Shown in pieces: positions 17,101-19,654 of a stretch of DNA of 19,654 nucleotides. The DNA is taken from the NCBI GenBank assembly GCA_937922595.1, contig CALAIY010000139.1, forward strand, positions 1-19,654. Direction: 5' to 3'. Below the pieces are notes generated by a model. That model saw only the letters and a list, made by a program, of their open reading frames with translations, made no database searches and was not told the origin of the DNA. The stretch's first letter is position 1. Each line of letters opens with the position of its first letter. Both the position numbers and the translations under genes were made by a program. The DNA comes from an uncultured Verrucomicrobiales bacterium (lineage in GTDB: Bacteria > Verrucomicrobiota > Verrucomicrobiia > Verrucomicrobiales > DEV007).

Positions 17101-19037
17101 CAAGGTTACTCGCTGCGGGTGTCTCGCGGGAGGCGTTTGGCCATACGGGGGGCTTTGAGAGTGCGGTGGCTGAGCTGAGGGAGTATGCGGGAGAGGGCGC
17201 AGAATTTCTGGGTGAAGTGCTTGCTGCGGGAGGGAAGTTTCCAGCTTCTGCGGGGGCGGTGGCAGATTTAGAGGCGTTCCATAATGAACTTAAAAGTAAG
17301 CGGCTGGCGGTGAAGTTTAAGGAATCGATTGAGGCGATGGGGAGCAATGTGGAGGCGCGCTATGCGGTGCTTCTGGATTGGATGGGGAATTCAGTGGAAG
17401 CGGCTGCGGTGGAGCTTTGTGGAGGGCGGCTTGTTCATGATGTTCGCGAGGTGGAGACTGTGGTGGAGCTTACGGAGATGCTTGGTGATCATTCGATGAT
17501 CGAGGGAGGGCGTTACCAGCTCGATTACCATGAGTTCATGGCGCGCCTTGGGGACTATGCGGGGGAGCGGGTTCCGCTTTATGAGCGTTATCATACGTTG
17601 CGTAGTGAATTGGTGGAGGCGAAGCGCGAAGATCTGAGGCTTGCCAGCTTTAAGCCGCATGTGATGAGCGCTTTTGTCCGCAATCGTCTTCTTGATGAAG
17701 TCTATCTTCCGATGATTGGCGCGAACTTGGCGAAGCAGATTGGCGCGGTAGGTGCGGGGACTCGAACGGATCGGATGGGGCTTCTCCTTCTTGTGTCGCC
17801 GCCTGGCTACGGAAAAACGACGTTGATGGAATACGTGGCGAATCGGTTGGGGATCACGTTTGTAAAAATTAATGGGCCTGCGCTGGGGCATGATGTGACG
17901 TCGCTTGATCCGGTGGATGCTCCGAATGCGAGTGCTCGTGAGGAAGTGGAGCGGCTGAACCTATCGCTGGAGATGGGTGATAACGTCATGATCTACGTGG
18001 ATGATATCCAGCATTGTAACCCAGAGTTTCTTCAGAAATTCATTTCGTTGTGTGATGGGCAGCGGAAGATCGAGGGTGTGTGGGATGGGAAGGCTAAGAC
18101 TTATGATTTACGCGGAAAGAAGGTGGCGGTGGTGATGGCGGGAAATCCTTATACGGAGACGGGTGGAAAATTCCAGATTCCCGATATGTTGGCCAACCGT
18201 GCGGATACTTATAATCTGGGGGATATTATCGGAGAAAATAGTGGTGCTTTTGAATCAAGTTATCTGGAGAATTCGCTGACGAGTAATCCTGTGCTTTCAA
18301 AGCTTGCTGGTAAAGGCCAGGGGGATGTGCGGGCGATTTTGAAGATGGCAGCGGCTGCCGATGGCGCGGTGTCGGATGAGCTTGAAGGGAATTTTACGGC
18401 GGAGGAGGTGTCTGAGTTTATTTCGGTGGCACGGAAGCTTCTTCGTGTTCGTGATACGATCCTGCGGGTGAATCTGGAATATATTCGCTCGGCGGCGATG
18501 GAAGATAGCTACCGCACTGAGCCTGCTTTTAAGCTTCAGGGGAGCTACCGGAATATGAATCGGATTGCGGAGAAGGTGCTTCCGGTGATGACTGATGATG
18601 AGGTGGAGCGTCTCATTCATGATCACTACCGGGGGGAGAGCCAGACTCTTACGACGGGCGCTGAAGCGAATTTACTTAAGTTCTTCGAACTCGAAGGGGA
18701 GATGGCGTCCGAGCAGGCTGAGCGTTGGACGCAAATTAAGACGGAGTTTAATAAGCAGAAGCTTCTGGGAGGTGCTGGAGAGGATGATCCGGTGTCGCGT
18801 GTGGTGGCGCAAATGATGCAGTTTCAAGATGGGCTCAGAGATATTGCTGGCAAGATTGGTGGCTCGGAGCTGGCAGATTCTACTGTGGCGAAGCTGGAGA
18901 AGGTCATCGCTGGTCTGCGGGCGGTTCCGGTGGAGGTGGAGATCAAAGTGGTGCCGGTTGAGCCTGGTGAGACTTCGAGGAGCGCTCCGGGATTGCCGGT
19001 GGACGTGGAGTCTCGGACGACGCAGGGGATGGAGTGA
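14115..19037 (+). CDS. Giant (1640-aa) uncharacterised protein with a C-proximal MoxR/AAA_5-type AAA+ ATPase module; co-operonic partner of the flotillin gene
   Basis: GTG start 9 bp after the flotillin stop, and a single uninterrupted 4.9-kb ORF. Walker A 'SPPGYGKTT' (~aa 1229). Walker B plus the MoxR-type post-Walker-B helix 'MIYVDDIQHCNPEFLQKFISLCDGQRKIEGV' (cf. hhhhDEINRAxPxxQxALLEAMEE). Sensor 1 / Arg finger 'VVMAGNPYTETGGKFQIPDMLANRAD' (cf. MoxR 'ATQNPxE..G.Y.LPEA.LDRF'). The N-terminal ~1200 aa are a mixed beta-rich (aa ~60-410) then long alpha-helical region with no motif I can assign. There is no P-loop N-terminally and no vWA/MIDAS (DxSxS) motif anywhere. Confidence 0.8.
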   Translation: MSNDAQTAIEGGTYEVIRARLAAAGEALEQRIGALNSERQSIFGAVDSALLTTERITTEHACTPRDMTAVGGGKFLFGYNVQLGLKSTTELADVFSVYRYDSEANTFLPDGLEGVDLDRFAEDFSYLYKYYRETSFVKFLKRGAHLYLAFRSGKSVDDVKAFKFLLPGDGTVEYLGNRFDHEYLFPPQQEFEWKRAHRDMHRGGEHPHISINDRVFVETVGGDLTVKVEDNTASGGGIYAEPVENVDQTLDDAEILYAEVGSLILLKIRPYQEEAFRYLVFCEKTNEVFRADAIADSCVLLPDDHGIVVANGFVLQTGEAKFFDSGLVDMRFERRVASSNGEDTFFVFYNRASGTYILLAYNLIGQSIETPVVCNGYSLFPDGRMLVFRTEDQPQKHHAVQIWQTPFMEEDGSSSIEGASYLAKIGNAEVVRCMAECREVLKLIGKDDTYADLYIDLVKKTRDIVDSYFWVGSDEAQNLREPLMGVNTAAQGAIAEFDKVQKLRAGTAAETARVQEVVRKLLARVEHEVPDDIQGFVHDLAGLRGVRGEVVALRDRRYVDQELVNTLEESVKVATETASNGCVQFLLEPQALDPYRADVGEQEKAAGKIAKVTEAEVVEEALDAAGEELEMLIDVVGNLKIEDTTEATAITESISDIYAELNRVRAGVRQQKKELSREEGAGQYQAQVRLLGQAVANYLELCDTPERCDDSLTKVMIQLEELEGRFGEFDEYVAALAEKREEVYGAFETRKQQLLEARNRRAATLEKSAMRVLDGIVRRVETFSEQAEINSYFAGDLMVDKVRDVIEELRELGDPVKADGIQTRLKTLREDAVRQFIDRKELYEDGGNVIKFGDHAFSVNTRDLELTLVPRDEEMAYHLTGTGFYEEVADAKFLETREVWDQEYVSESRCVYRAEWLAYQWLLSARNLSLSEFMAARYGEGYVKGVHDRDAQKIIDALIPIREAAGLLEYSPEVRAGAMVFWAAWEDEEMKSRHAARLLAAGVSREAFGHTGGFESAVAELREYAGEGAEFLGEVLAAGGKFPASAGAVADLEAFHNELKSKRLAVKFKESIEAMGSNVEARYAVLLDWMGNSVEAAAVELCGGRLVHDVREVETVVELTEMLGDHSMIEGGRYQLDYHEFMARLGDYAGERVPLYERYHTLRSELVEAKREDLRLASFKPHVMSAFVRNRLLDEVYLPMIGANLAKQIGAVGAGTRTDRMGLLLLVSPPGYGKTTLMEYVANRLGITFVKINGPALGHDVTSLDPVDAPNASAREEVERLNLSLEMGDNVMIYVDDIQHCNPEFLQKFISLCDGQRKIEGVWDGKAKTYDLRGKKVAVVMAGNPYTETGGKFQIPDMLANRADTYNLGDIIGENSGAFESSYLENSLTSNPVLSKLAGKGQGDVRAILKMAAAADGAVSDELEGNFTAEEVSEFISVARKLLRVRDTILRVNLEYIRSAAMEDSYRTEPAFKLQGSYRNMNRIAEKVLPVMTDDEVERLIHDHYRGESQTLTTGAEANLLKFFELEGEMASEQAERWTQIKTEFNKQKLLGGAGEDDPVSRVVAQMMQFQDGLRDIAGKIGGSELADSTVAKLEKVIAGLRAVPVEVEIKVVPVEPGETSRSAPGLPVDVESRTTQGME

Positions 19038-19124
19038 AGTAGGAGGGGGCGCTAGATCTGGGGAGTTGCCGAAGGTTTCGGTAGAGGTAATGTCGCGGGT
19101 AGAATCCAACCCATACTGATTATC

Positions 19125-19654
19125 ATGTTTTTGCAAAAACTGCTCCCCGTTGCCCTGCTTGCCATTCCGTCATTGGCGGTGTCTCAATCGATCGTGTTCA
19201 CCAATGCCATCATCGCTGATCAGGTGGCGGGGGCAAATGACGTCGCTGCGGGTGATTTCGATGGAGATGGACTGCTTGATGTTGTGGTGCTTGAATCGAA
19301 TGCTGACAATGTTTTGTGGCTTCGGAATCCAGGTGGAGATTTGAGCGGAGAATGGGTGGAGACGAGGATTAATTCAGCTTTTGGAAATGGTGCAAGTGTC
19401 GGTGTTGGGGATTTTGATGATGATGGTGATCTGGACGTTGCTGCCGCGTCGCCGGAAGATAATGATATCGCGTGGTTTGAAAATCCTGCTGGGACGGCTG
19501 CCGATTGGGAGGAACATATCCTTGACCCGGCTGCGATGGCAGTGAGTGACATTGAGGTTGTTGATATCGATGGAGATGGTGATTTGGACATCGTTGCCAC
19601 AGCGACTGGAGATAATGATGTGCTCCTTTTTCGGAATCCGGGGAGGGAGTTGGT
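19125..19654 (+). CDS. Secreted FG-GAP/VCBS-repeat protein (integrin-alpha-like beta-propeller repeats); 3' end lies beyond the window
   Basis: It is absent from the ORF track because no stop codon is reached, so I translated the frame by hand. ATG at 19125 gives 'MFLQKLLPVALLAIPSLAVSQS' (signal peptide), then repeated 'GDFDGDGLLDVVV', 'GDFDDDGDLDVAAA', 'VDIDGDGDLDIVAT' Ca-binding FG-GAP/VCBS units separated by 'NPGG/NPAG' segments. The minus-strand ORF 19220-19600 is its antisense shadow. Confidence 0.75.
   Translation, partial: MFLQKLLPVALLAIPSLAVSQSIVFTNAIIADQVAGANDVAAGDFDGDGLLDVVVLESNADNVLWLRNPGGDLSGEWVETRINSAFGNGASVGVGDFDDDGDLDVAAASPEDNDIAWFENPAGTAADWEEHILDPAAMAVSDIEVVDIDGDGDLDIVATATGDNDVLLFRNPGREL

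Noticed and set aside
14361-18626. Multiple 100-180-aa minus-strand ORFs inside the giant gene (14361-14738, 14785-15333, 15201-15545, 16952-17347, 17391-17891, 18297-18626)
   Set aside because: All are antisense to one uninterrupted 4.9-kb ORF that carries coherent AAA+ motifs. Their translations are Arg/Pro/His-rich low-complexity sequence typical of GC-rich antisense frames.
19067-19080. Small hairpin CCGAA-ggt-TTCGG downstream of the giant gene, considered as a terminator
   Set aside because: Only a 5-bp stem with a 3-nt loop and no following T-run, which is too weak to call an intrinsic terminator.
18672-19136. 154-aa minus-strand ORF spanning the end of the giant gene and the following intergenic region
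   Set aside because: It is mostly antisense to the giant gene's C-terminus and its translation is His/Arg/Leu-rich low complexity. Its 5' part also overlaps the start region of the FG-GAP gene.
19220-19600. 126-aa minus-strand ORF listed in the track
   Set aside because: It is the antisense shadow of the unlisted open-ended FG-GAP/VCBS gene and translates to Ser/Pro/Thr-rich low complexity. The plus-strand frame gives a signal peptide and canonical Ca-binding repeats.
1-19654. Search for CRISPR repeats, IS/transposase genes, integrases and rRNA/tRNA genes
   Set aside because: No repeated 25-40-bp units with regular spacing were found. No transposase or recombinase motifs appear in any frame. 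No intergenic space is long enough for structural RNAs except 3674-3862, which lacks tRNA-like arms.

Overview
The window holds 13 protein-coding genes and no rRNA, tRNA, CRISPR array or recognisable mobile element. It is tightly packed, with single-digit-bp to roughly 65-bp gaps apart from one AT-rich spacer of about 190 bp. Gene content (a DUF1552/DUF1592-type pair, Tat and Sec signal peptides, weak Shine-Dalgarno sequences) suggests a Planctomycetes/Verrucomicrobia-type genome; this is inference. In order, the genes are: a 5'-truncated citramalate/isopropylmalate-synthase-family gene; a minus-strand operon encoding a secreted NPP-type phosphodiesterase and a secreted 7-bladed beta-propeller lactonase; a minus-strand operon encoding a NudC-like Zn-ribbon NUDIX hydrolase, a small membrane-anchored protein and a DEDDh 3'-5' exonuclease; a secreted S9A prolyl oligopeptidase; a cytochrome-c-like DUF1592-family/DUF1552 gene pair; a small Cys-rich Cro/CII-like HTH regulator; and a 3'-truncated secreted FG-GAP/VCBS-repeat protein that the ORF track misses because it has no stop codon. 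The most interesting locus is a two-gene cassette at 12078-19037, divergent from the HTH regulator. It encodes an N-terminally membrane-anchored SPFH/flotillin protein with a long E/A/K/R-rich coiled coil, followed 9 bp later (GTG start, probably translationally coupled) by a 1640-aa protein. That protein has about 1200 aa of unrecognised sequence before a MoxR/AAA_5-type AAA+ ATPase module, and no vWA partner is visible. I cannot assign this cassette to any named system from sequence alone, and it is the best candidate here for an undescribed membrane-associated system.
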